Assembly (NCBI RefSeq): GCF_006345805.1 | Contig: NC_043001.1 | Coordinates: 120,652,001-120,716,000, forward strand | DNA: 64,000 nt | Direction: 5' to 3' | Source of the DNA: Octopus sinensis | Lineage: Eukaryota | Part shown: positions 38,690 through 50,555 of the stretch, piece after piece | How positions within the stretch are numbered: position 1 is the first letter of the stretch | Layout: each line of letters opens with the position of its first letter | Made by a program: the position numbers and the translations under genes | Notes under the pieces: model-generated | Told to the model about the DNA's origin: nothing | What the model saw: the letters and a program-made list of their open reading frames with translations, nothing else | Database searches by the model: none

Positions 38690-39238
38690 CTGTTTAAGTC
38701 AAGTTTTGTTCAAGTAGTGAGTTCTTGTTGGGTGAGTTGTATCCAGTTTTGTTCAAGTAGTGAGTTCTTGTTGGGTGAGTTGTATCCAGTTTTGTTCAAG
38801 TAGTGAGTTCTTGTTGGGTGAGTTGTATCCAATTATGGGTGGCTTATCTTGTATTCTTTGAAGGAATCTATCCAGACTCTGTTTAAAGTTGATGGGATCC
38901 TTTTCCTCTTTGATCTCCCTCGGGACAATATTAAATAGGGCAGGGCCTGTTGAGGAAAAGAAATTATGTTGCAGTGTACATGTATGTTGTGATCTTGAAT
39001 TGGGCAGGGGACGTATAGCCCGTGGTCCAAGTCTTGGATGAACCTTGAAGCTAATGTTTAGGTCGTTTGGGCAAAGTTGGCGGTATATTTTCCACATCGT
39101 ACAAATGATGTACCGCAACGGCGACGCTGGAGGGAGTAAGTTTCAAGGCTTTAAGGCGATCCCAATAATCGAGAGCAGCCATGCCTTCAATTTGTTTAGT
39201 GAGTGCCCTCTGGGGGACTCATTCTGGAGATGTTTGTC
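38690..39238 (-). mobile_element. CR1/L2-superfamily LINE 3' fragment with a ~43-bp x3 tandem tail
   Basis: FFSSTGPALFNIVPREIKEEKDPINFKQSLDRFLQRIQDKP..GY..KNSL is a typical C-terminus; TTTTGTTCAAGTAGTGAGTTCTTGTTGGGTGAGTTGTATCCA is repeated at 38703-38831. Confidence 0.7.
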
Positions 39239-39241
39239 TTG

Positions 39242-39292
<51 letters not shown>

Positions 39293-39356
39293 TATATTAT
39301 ATATATATATATATATTATATACATATAATATGTATATATATATGTATGTATTATA

Positions 39357-39555
39357 TAACGGGAAGGTTTATGAAAATAAACAAAAGACGAAGGCAGGTG
39401 GAGTACAAACAAACAATGTATTAGTATGGTGCTCAGGAATAGAAATAAAACAAGTCTTTCACGTTTCGAGCCTACGCTCTTCGACAGAAAGATACACAGA
39501 AAAGAAACAAGGAGAGAAAACAATTGCGTGTAAGGGCTAACGATCCAACATGGCA
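39357..39555 (-). mobile_element. Solo PLE pLTR-like fragment in (TA)n, carrying a variant hammerhead motif (39455-39492)
   Basis: Minus: TCTTT CTGTCGA A GAGC GTAG GCTC GAAA CG T G AAAGA. Same family as the 3' end of the GIY-YIG element at 44240-44410 and as 47380-47530. Confidence 0.7.
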
Positions 39556-39878
39556 TATATATATATATATATATGTATGTATGCATATATATATCAAACT
39601 TAATGTCTGTGTGTGTATGTGTGTGTTTAAAAGATTAATAATAGCTTTTCTTCCATCCATAATTATTTTAATTTCTGATTTACTAATGAGAATATGCTTG
39701 CTGAGAAAATGTAATGCTTTTTTGAAGTAATAGTTTGATAATTGAAGGGTAATATTCTATTATAGCAAGATGGCAATGTTTATGTTTCCGTTGTTTGTTT
39801 TTGATGTTAGTGAAGCTCTTCATATCTAAGATACGGTGCCTCTGTTTAAACTGGGTCAACCACTACGCCATATGCCCT

Positions 39879-39948
39879 GGCATATGGCGTAGTGGTTAAG
39901 GGCGCGGGCTCTGAACCCGATGATTCAGAGTTTGATTCCAGGCAGTGA

Positions 39949-40017
<69 letters not shown>

Positions 40018-40180
40018 CGACAACAACAAAAACAACAACAACAACATCGATAAATACCTTAAGAATGAGAACCCATGTTCGAAATTTCGCTCAAGACACC
40101 TGATGAAGGCTGGAGGGTATATCAGCTGAAACGTGTCAACAAACAAGATGAGGACAAATATCCGTCAAATGTAAATAATA
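39879..40180 (+). mobile_element. Composite element copy A: tRNA-like head + (AAT)n(AAC)n + hammerhead-bearing tail
   Basis: A-box TGGCGTAGTGG, B-box-like GAGTTTGATTCC; GACAC CTGATGA(40100-06) A GGCTG..CAGCT GAAA(40128-31) CGTGTC; tail ends AAATGTAAATAAT. Confidence 0.75.
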
Positions 40181-40194
40181 CATGAGGAAATATA

Positions 40195-40405
40195 TACATT
40201 ATTTACATTATTTACATTTGACGGGTATTTGTCCTCATCTTGTTTGTTGTTTGCACAACGATTCGGCTGATGTATTCGCCAGCCTTCATCAGGTGTCCGA
40301 GGTAATTGCAAACCTGAGTTCTCATTCCTAAGGTATTTTTCCGATGCTATTATTATTATCATTATTATTATTATTATTATTATCATTATTATTATTATTA
40401 TTATT

Positions 40406-40461
<56 letters not shown>

Positions 40462-41618
40462 TATTATTATTATTATTGCCTTTGCACTGCTTCTGACACT
40501 GCAGATGTATTACAGTGTCAGCTGTTCACTACCAGTGAAGTAAGGTAACACCTCTTATTTTTCGAGCACCTTTCGGAGTATTCCAGCGATTGCAAGCAGT
40601 ATTCTTTTCTGCAAGTGCGCCACCCTTATTGCAGCCCCTATTTGTTCCAAGTACTTCTCGAGATTTTTGCTCAGTTCCCGGGGATCCCACAGTTATTGGT
40701 ACTACTGCTACTCTTTTCATCAACCACAACTGCTTAACTTCCCAAGCTAACCTGTCATATCTCTCGACTTTTCTTTCTTCCTTATCGCATAACTTGTTGT
40801 CAGCTGGGCATGCTATATCTATGATCCAGCATAGTTTGTTTTCTTTCTCAATTAAGACTATGTCTGGCTTCCTATTCTCTATCTCATGGTCGCACTGAAT
40901 CATAAAATCCGATAGCATCTTTGCATTTCCACTTTCGACGATGCGATCAGGTTTGTAGTCGTACAAATGTTTTGCTCTGTTAAGTCCATACTTGTTGCAA
41001 AGTATCCAATGGGCAAGCCTGGCTATATTGTCGTGGCGTCTCTTATATTCCTTCTGGACTAGTGGCGTACATTGGCTGGTAATATGCCATACGGTTTCAC
41101 CGTTTTGTCCACAGATTCTGCACTTATCACTTTCTGCTGTGTTGTCTATTCTGTATTTTATGTAGTTTGTTCTTAGTGCTTGCTCTTGGGCAGCACAGAT
41201 TAGAGTCCCCGTTTCTGGTTTTAAATCGCTTTTAATCATCCACAGCCATCTTTTTCTCTGTCTGTCTTATCTTCAACATCCCAAGAAATTGACCATGCAT
41301 TCTTTTTTTACACACCTATTTTCAGTTACATTCGTTTTCTATTTCTTGTATAGTGCTTTATCTTTGCAATCTTCCATTCTACACAGGCCTGACCTTCTTA
41401 CTTCTAATAATAGCGGTTCTGTAGCATTTTTTACATATCATGCTATGTTTTTTTTCTTCTATTTTAATGCTATGTTCGCATCCAATAAGTTCTCTTCCCC
41501 CTCTTTTTCTGGTACATAGTCTGTTTGTGTCACTTTTATTATTATTATTATTCGGGTCAATGCCTGGAATCGAGCTCGGAATCATGGGGTTAGTATCCCG
41601 CACTCTTAACTACTACGC
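40195..41618 (-). mobile_element. Composite element copy C (minus), interrupted in its (TAA)n tract by an R4/Dong-like LINE
   Basis: Head at 41618-41548; tail with GACAC CTGATGA A GGCTG..CAGCC GAAT CG T T GTGC at 40298-40252. Confidence 0.7.
40477..41534 (-). mobile_element. R4/Dong-like RLE non-LTR retrotransposon, 5'-truncated
   Basis: ORF 40529-41239: AAQEQALRTN, CRICGQNGETVWHITSQC (CCHC), RHDNIA, and RKPDIVLIEK..WIIDIACP (PD-(D/E)xK-type nuclease); both ends abut (TAA)n. Confidence 0.85.
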
Positions 41619-41865
41619 GGGATACTAACCCCAAGATTCCGAGTTCGATTCCAGGCAGTGACCCGAATAAGAAGAAGAAGAAGAAGGAGGAGGAGGAGGA
41701 GGAGGAGGATAACGTCGGGAAAATACCTTAGGAACGAGAACCCAAGTTCGAAATTACCCCAGGACACCTGATGAAGGTTGGAGAGTACATCAGCCGAAAC
41801 GTTCTGTTAACAACAAACAAGATGAGGACAAATATCCGTCAAATGTAAATAATGTAAATAATGTT
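41617..41865 (+). mobile_element. Composite element copy B (5'-truncated head), head-to-head with copy C
   Basis: B-box GAGTTCGATTCC, (AAG)n(GAG)n linker, GACAC CTGATGA(41768-74) A GGTTG..CAGCC GAAA(41796-99) CG T T CTGTT, tail AAATGTAAATAATGTAAATAAT. Confidence 0.78.
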
Positions 41866-42670
41866 AATAGTCAAGCTTTAATTTTTCATCTTTTAGTGTG
41901 GTGGAAAGGCAGTGCTCATGATATTTAAACAGAGTCTATGAGATGAATGAACGGATATAGGAAGATATAGTAGTGCCAGCATCCTACCCCCAAATGCCTT
42001 CAGCTGAGTGGACTCTGTTTAAGTTACCCATGGGGCCAGGCAGTGGTGCTAAGCCAGGTGGCGGGTTAAATTTATATCCTACGTAGGCTGGGTCTAATAT
42101 ACAGGTAGGCCATGATGAGGTCTAAACTTAGAATATATGAAAATATACGAAACAAATATTGCTAAGTATCCAGTCTGACATTCTTACAGCTCCACCAATT
42201 CCCCGCTATGGATTGGCAGATTATGTTGACTCCAGCGGGATTTGAACTCAGAATGTAAGCAGAACTGTCCAATTACCTTTTTATCCAACGATATGCTATA
42301 TGTACGTACGTGTAAGTATGTGAACTCTGAAAATGTTGTTGCAGTAAAAACGTCTTTATAAGGTCACATATACGCTCGCAAACAGTGAAAATAGCTTTCA
42401 TATCAAATTGAATGAATTCAATTAGAGCGAAGAATGAATGAGATAGTTAAAGCATATAATTGATTAAACAGATATATAGAAATTCGAAATAAATAAGCGA
42501 CTTGTAGTTGAATCGTCAGACTTAATAATATGACATCTAAATAGGTGTCTAAAATGTTTAATTTTTGACAGAACTACAGAAAGTAAATAAATATATTAAT
42601 GGAAAATTATATTGAAGTAAACAAGACGCAGAGTATATCTAAAGCTTCATGTATGCAAGTGTGCATCTTC

Positions 42671-42703
<33 letters not shown>

Positions 42704-43453
42704 TGTATGTATGTATGTATGTATGTATGTATGTATGTATGTATGTATGTATGTGTGGCTGTGTGCGTGTTTATGTATCTATGTTCTGGTTATATATTTT
42801 TAGTTTTCTTAGGTATATGGCATTATCTGTTTTGATATGATATATTTTTTTCCTTATTGTTCCAATGTTGAAGAGATCATTTTGAAAGATTTATGGCAAA
42901 TTAGACAAATAATCTGAAATTTGTTAAAAGAGTAATTGTACATGTAAATGTATAAATGTAAATATATAAATATAAAGTTAGAAATAAGAGGGAAAGTACT
43001 CAAAACGGGAGCAGAGTGCAATTATTTATTATATTGCTGAGATTACCTTCTCTTACTAACGAAATACTCAGAGTTTAGCGATTCCTTGTTGATCGCGCAA
43101 CTGTTTGTGTGTTTAGTGTAAGAACACAGAGTAATCTCACGGCTATGATACATACACACACACACACACACACCACACACACGTACATACATATTTTATA
43201 TAAACATATACATACATACACACACATATATACATACATGCATATAAACACACACACATGCGCGCACACACGAGTATGTATGTATTATGTATGTATGTAT
43301 GTATGTATGTGTATGCATGCATGCAAGTATGTATGTATGCATGCATGCAAGTATGTATGTATGTATGTATGTATGTATGTATGTATGTATGTATGTATGA
43401 GTCAGGTCACTTTCGAGTGCTACTGGTAACATGTAACCCAGTGCAACCTGTTG

Positions 43454-44410
43454 CATCTACGTCTGAGTGATAGTCCCGTGGGACCCACGTAGTCTTGGTG
43501 GCAGCCCGAGCATTTTATGACATAAATTATGTTTTCAGAGGCACAAGTAAAGTTAGATTTGATCTTGAATTTCTGTCCCTCTTTAAAGAGGAATTCTGAT
43601 CCTTCTAGCAGGTTAGGGCATGTTGCACAAAATGCTCGGGCTGCCACCAAGACTACGTGGGTTCCACGGGACTATCACTCAGACGTAGATGCACACTGCA
43701 TCGACAACAGATTGCATTCCCAGAATATAGAATGATACCTTTTAGTGAGCACATTGAGAAATGCGCAAAGCAACTACTACCACAATTTTTAATCTTTCCA
43801 TTTTACCAATGTGCTTTCGGATCATCAACGCAAATTAGACTAAACAAGGAAACATTCTTCATTGAAAAGTAAAGCCCAGACTCAACCATCCGAACATACT
43901 GATACAGAGAAATTCACACCAAGGAAAGGAAAACATTTTAAGCGATTATCTCCCTTACACCGAAGAAAGAAATCACTCACTACCTTCCCTTATTTAGAAC
44001 TCTCTTGAACATAACATAACGAAAACTCTATTCAACATAAACATAACGTCGCAAGAAATTGAAAAGCTACACGCGAAACCGGTCTTTCTTTTAAATTATG
44101 TCATTATAAGAGAAAATTTTTTTTTTTTAATTTTCTAATATTCTTCAGACATATTGACGCAAATATATATATATTTTAACATTTAAGCCTTCTGTAGTTT
44201 TTTCACTCTTTACTTATATATATATATATATACATGCTTGACCGCTAAATCCACAAGTTTTTTTTTATTCTCTCTCTGATTATTTTCTCTGACTCCTTTC
44301 TGTTGGCGCAGGCTCGAAACGTAAAAGACTTTCTCACTTTCCCGAGCTTTAAACAAATACACCTGTTAGTTCATACACCTGTATTCGTCTTTTGTTTTTA
44401 CGTAAATTTC
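43454..44410 (+). mobile_element. Penelope-like element 3' fragment (GIY-YIG endonuclease + pLTR) with an inverted 5' segment
   Basis: Minus 43454-43628 reads CATCPNLLEGSEF..CASENIIYVIKCSGCHQDYVGPTGLSLRRR; plus 43629-43880 reads KCSGCHQDYVGSTGLSLRRRCTLHRQQI..EHIEKC..KETFFIEK; degenerate HHR at 44295-44328. Confidence 0.88.
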
Positions 44411-44518
44411 AACTATATATAATACATACACACATATGTATCTATATATATATATATATACATACATATATACATACATACATACATACATACATACATA
44501 CATACATACATACATACA

Positions 44519-44552
<34 letters not shown>

Positions 44553-45183
44553 AATACAGGTGTATATGTGTATGTGTGTGTGTATGTATGTATGATGTGT
44601 GTATTTATGTTGGTACATAATGTATTGATTTGGTGGAAGACCGGAGAAATAGACACCAAAACATGAGAACATGTAATTTTTAAATCGATGGAAAAGTTAC
44701 AAAAGTAACAATAGAGCAGATAGTTTCGTACCAAATTAACTTTATCGGTTCCAACACTAAACTATAGAGAAAGCGTGAGAACAGTATTGCAATATGACAC
44801 GTTGATATCGGTGACAATTGTCATCGCTTCAGATACGATATAAAGTATAAAGTGACAAACATGGATATAACAATGACATCACAGTCTTCTATTGTAATAT
44901 CTACATACCATACACACTTGCAACCGTTGTTAAGAGATTTATCGAAAAGATAATCGCCAAGGACAGAAAAGCTAAACAACACATCGTCTGAACCTAAATT
45001 ACGTACAGATGGTATGAAAATGAGCAGAAAACAAGTCCTAAGTGGAAACATTTTAGAAAGGTAAGGTGAGCTACAATGAGAATACCAACGAACTAGAGAT
45101 TTGTCGTCAAAGTATTAGAGATAAAAGACTCTGTGCGTGATTGTGTGTGTGTGTGTGGGTGGGTGTGTGCATACACACACAAC

Positions 45184-45237
<54 letters not shown>

Positions 45238-45654
45238 TTATATATAGATATATATATAATATATATATATACGATATTATATGATATATAGTGACGTTTG
45301 ATTTTTGCATTTCAATATGGCTAACCCCTAAGGGTGGATGCTACTGTAGTTTTAGCCCAGAGGACACACTCCTCCAGCTGGCCATAGACACACTTTCTGT
45401 ATCCTGTCAGTATGTGCAAGGGAAGTCATCCTTCCCGTCTTAAAACTTATGATACACACGACTCGAGTAATTATATATAAATATATACATATACATACTA
45501 TCAACATATTTAGATATGTAGATATCTATATATATATACATACATATACACCTATTTATATAGATATGTATATATATATATACATATACTAACAATATAC
45601 ATATATTATACATGTATATATATATATAATATTAGATAATATACATATATATAT

Positions 45655-45713
<59 letters not shown>

Positions 45714-45877
45714 TTTGTATGAATGCATGTACATACTTACATACATACATACATATATATGTATACATACATGCGTAAAAGACTTTCTCACCTTCCCGAG
45801 CGTCAAACTAATACACTTGTTTGTTGTTTATTACACCTGTCTTCGTCTTTTGTCTTTTGTTTTTTTGTAAATTTCAA

Positions 45878-45954
<77 letters not shown>

Positions 45955-46022
45955 TAGTAATGGTAAGATAACAAAAAAAAATGAAAGAGTCCTTGATATT
46001 ATGTAAATAGAGGAATTTATTT

Positions 46023-46692
46023 GTAATATAATATGTGTCAATTATTCGGTTACCATAATAAAACTCCGAGTTTCGGATGTCGGGGCGGAAACCTGCACCG
46101 GCATCTCTTCAGTTATCGAGGCAATTAAAATATGCTATGAAACACACACATGCGCACCCACACATACGTCAAATAGATGCACATATATATGCAACCATGC
46201 ACGTACACGTATACAAATCTACACACGCCCGCGCCCGCATACACACACTCGTGCACATACCCATACGCACACAGTTATATTGAAATACATACGCGCACAC
46301 ACACACCACACAGACGTCCACGTAACCATACGCGCACAGTTATATTCAAATGCACGTCTGAAAAACATGCATGCTATATACACATATGCTCAGTTACACT
46401 CGCATGTGTATGTATGTACATGCGTGCACACACAACTGCTATGAGCTTCCTTACTCCTTTACTTTTTACTTCCTCCCCTTCTGTTTCTTCCCTTATTTAA
46501 CGGTCATTCTAATAATAGCCCTTTTGTCTAAATGACGGTCATTTGCACAGTAATTTCCCTTTGTTTAACGGTCATTTTCATAGCATATTTTAATTGCCTC
46601 GATAACTGAAGAGATGCCGGAGCAGGTTTCCGCCCCGACATCTGAAACTCAGAGTTTTATTATGGCAACCGAATAAATTTCACATATATTAC
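46023..46692. repeat. ~118-bp inverted repeat (46023-46142 / 46576-46692) with an outward-facing hammerhead motif in each arm
   Basis: Plus: GATAA(46601-05) CTGAAGA GATGCCGG..CCGACATC T GAAA(46644-47) CTCAGAG T T TTATT(46657-61). Minus copy at 46057-46117. Confidence 0.8.
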
Positions 46693-46779
46693 ACACACAC
46701 ACACGCACGCACACACACGCACACACACATATACAGACCACCACACACATACACAACACACACACACAACACAACATAC

Positions 46780-46812
<33 letters not shown>

Positions 46813-47292
46813 ATATATATAATATCTATATATATATATATATATATAGCAATAATTATAAAGATATCGTATATGGAGACTTGTTCATCCTCAAAATTTA
46901 TTTCCACTTATTTTACAGTATTGTACAGCGTAATAAGGAAATAAATTTCAAGGATGAACAAGTCTCCATATACGATATCGCTATTTTTATTGATAATATA
47001 TACTCAAGGCAATATTACCAACCATTGATGCATACACTGAATTGCTCATTCGAGAAATTTACAGACCTACAACTAATAGTAGTCATAGACGTTAAATACT
47101 GATCAATGTGGTTAGCTGTAACCTGGAACTTAACTGATATATATGTGTGTGTGTGTGGTTTGTGTGTGTGTGTGTGTGTGTATGAATGTACGTATGTATG
47201 AATGTATATGTATATATATATTATATTAATATATATTCTTGAGATTTATAACTAGCTATTTTACTTAATATATATATATATATATATAATAT

Positions 47293-47345
<53 letters not shown>

Positions 47346-47379
47346 AATAATAATTATATGCATGTATACCTATATATAT

Positions 47380-47530
47380 AATAAAGAGGAAGACAGGTTG
47401 TGTAGAAAACAAACAGATGTATTAGTATAACGCTCAGGAATAGAAAGTCTTTTACGTTTCGAGCCTACGCTCTTTTACAGAAAGGTACACAGAAAAAAAC
47501 AAGGAGAGAAAAAAATGTGTATAGTGGCTT
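47380..47530 (-). mobile_element. Solo PLE pLTR-like fragment with a variant hammerhead motif (47448-47485)
   Basis: Minus: CCTTT CTGTAAA A GAGC GTAG GCTC GAAA CG T A AAAGA. Confidence 0.65.
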
Positions 47531-47691
47531 TTCATTTTCTTTTTAGTCCGTTGGTCTATGCCTGCTCTTTCTGAAATTAACCCTTCCTTTTTACCAAGTA
47601 AAGGATAACATACTCACAAACATATGTATTTGTACCCATATGCATTGAAGTATATATAAATTTGCGTATGTATGAGTGTATGTGAGTACAA

Positions 47692-47750
<59 letters not shown>

Positions 47751-48259
47751 CAGACTCAATTTTCCACTGCCCTCATTTGCAATAGTTTCATTAAGATATG
47801 AAATAACCTAAATGTTTTTCGAGGTCAGGCGGTGGGCAGGAAGACGGTAAAGCTTCTTAACCACCTTCCCATGTTCGACGACTGTTCGTTGTTGTTGTTG
47901 TTTGGGAGGGGTATAAATGGCGGCCATGTAATTGGTGATCTTTGTGTAGTATTGTCATTTAGCCCCAGATGAACATACAGGCATATGATGAAAGACATTC
48001 AGTGTATAGCAACCCTGCCTTTTTGCAAGTATCTAGAACTATACTACCTAACATGTCCTATCTTTCTTTTTAACTTAGAAGAGTTTTATTTTAGGGAGAT
48101 CTGGTTGTTCTTTCTAGAAGTAATACTAAGTTTCAGTTGAGCATTCCTATTGTAAAGTTGCAGCTAATCAAGAATTTAAGTCTTGCTAACAAGTATCAGT
48201 AACTCAGAAGCGGGGTTAATTAACCCAAGATAGATAGATAGATATATTGATAGATAGAC

Positions 48260-48356
<97 letters not shown>

Positions 48357-48363
48357 TTACATA

Positions 48364-48748
48364 TCTCTCTCTATATAAATGGCAGTTTGTCTGTGTGTGT
48401 TTCTGTGTGTCTGTTTGATTGTACCCTCACCCTGACCACGGCTTTCAACCGATTCTGATGAAACTTGACACACACATAGCCCAATGTCATAATTCTAAAC
48501 TAACGCAGCGAAAATTTTGAAAAGTTCCCGCAGTTCTGAAAAAAACCGATAAATTCGACATGGGGTCGAGAATCAGAAACACAAACCACAGACTGTCTAG
48601 GGGACGCAACTCGACCTTTTTTAACTCTCAAAAAAAATTTACCATCATTTTTTTTCCATTTTTTTGCTATCTTTTGGCTATAACTCTCTAAAAATGCTTT
48701 ATAGTTATTTCCCTTACAAACCTGAGCAACGCCGGGCGATACTGCTAG
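48364..48748 (+). mobile_element. Non-autonomous Helitron (385 bp)
   Basis: A|TCTCTCTCTATATAAATGGCAG...CTGAGCAACGCCGGGCGATACTGCTAG|T. Confidence 0.8.
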
Positions 48749-48762
48749 TATAATATATTATA

Positions 48763-49300
48763 CTAGCAGAAAAAACGCCCACCGGGCGGTTTTCTGTTAA
48801 CCACTTGATAATATTTTTACATTTAATTCCCAATTCTAATAATTTTAATGATATTTTCTGCGTCGTGCCTTTGCTGCTAAATTTTCTTTTTCAGTCGCAT
48901 ATTTTGGCATTCTTTCGGTTGAACCCGCAGAAATGCCAAAATGAACAGCTGGTTTTGTTTGTTAATTTCCGTAAAAAATGTTTATTTGCTTTTGTTTTAA
49001 AGTGAAAAAGAGAAGTGAAGGATGTATGTACGGGTATATGAGATGGATGTGTGTGAGGGAGAGAAAGAGAGGGACAGAGTGAGTGAAGAGAAGTGTTGTC
49101 GAGTATACGCACATACATAATAAACATTCATAAATCTTATTTGCATGTCTGTGTGTGTCTGAAAGAGGGGGAAAGTGCCATTTAGACATCATTCACTCTG
49201 TTTCACACGCACACGCGCACATACATACATACAAAAAATATGTATGCATATGTATATATATATATATATATTTAGGTGTACATGACAACACACCCCTCAC
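48763..49300 (-). mobile_element. Second Helitron-like 3' end, tail-to-tail with 48364-48748; 5' boundary unresolved
   Basis: Minus: CAGAAAACCGCCCGGTGGGCGTTTTTTCTGCTAG|T with a GC-rich subterminal hairpin; internal segments recur at ~50085-50370. Confidence 0.55.
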
Positions 49301-49528
49301 CCTCTCTCTCTCTCACACACACACACACAAACACACACATGCATAAATGTATACAAACGTACATTCAAGATTATACGTGTGCGTGTGTGACTGACTGCAG
49401 ATACACAGAGGTGAACACAGCGCGCAAAAAGTAAATAAATAAGAAATTGTTACGGAAATTAACGAAGTGTGTGGGTTCAAACGAAATAATACCCATATAT
49501 TTTGGGGCAGAGAGATAGCGTGTGTGTG

Positions 49529-49581
<53 letters not shown>

Positions 49582-50399
49582 TGATGAGAGAGAGAGAGAG
49601 AGGTGATAATATAGCAAACAATGACTGAAATAAACATGAAATGAAAAAAATCGTATAAATAAAGCTCGCTAAAAACTATGTTGTACCGAATATTTAAATT
49701 TGAGAACTTGAAATATTCAATAATAATAGGAAGATCAGAAAGTAAATTCTCTTGAAAACTTCAATTTATAAAAAAATCTCATTTGCTTAGTAAATATTTC
49801 ATAGTTGTTTGCAAATAGCGAATGAAAACTTGAAACAAAAATATTGAAATAGAGAGTGAGCGATATCGCAAATGAAAACGGAAAATTTCGCCTGCAACGA
49901 ATTAATATTGTTTAGGTAGTTGCAACGTCAATACCGGAAGTTGACTTTGAAAAACCTTTTTAAAGAAATGAATCATATATATATATAAAACAATATAATT
50001 TATTTTTGATTAAAAAAATAAGATGAAGACCCTATTATGTATCAGAGGCCAAATTATTCATGCATCCCTTCTATGGAACCAATTCGCGCAGAGGAGAAAG
50101 TAAAGGATGTATGTACATGTATATGAAATGGACATGTATGAGAAAGAGAGAGAGAGAGGAGAGAGAGAGAGTGAGTGAGGAGTGAAGGGGTGTGTTGTCA
50201 TGTATACGTACATGCATAAATATGAATGCATCTTTTTTTGTATGTATGTGTACGTGTGTGTGGTGAGAGAGAGAGGAGAGAACGAGAGTGTGCCATTTAG
50301 ACATTACTCTCTCTCTCTCTCTCTCTCTGCCTCATACACATGCGCGCGCATACATACAAAAAATATGTATGCGCAGCTGTTTTCGCGTGAAAAGCGAAT

Positions 50400-50433
<34 letters not shown>

Positions 50434-50483
50434 CTATTTTATATAATAGATATATATATAAGCATAATTACACTTCCATATAT

Positions 50484-50555
<72 letters not shown>

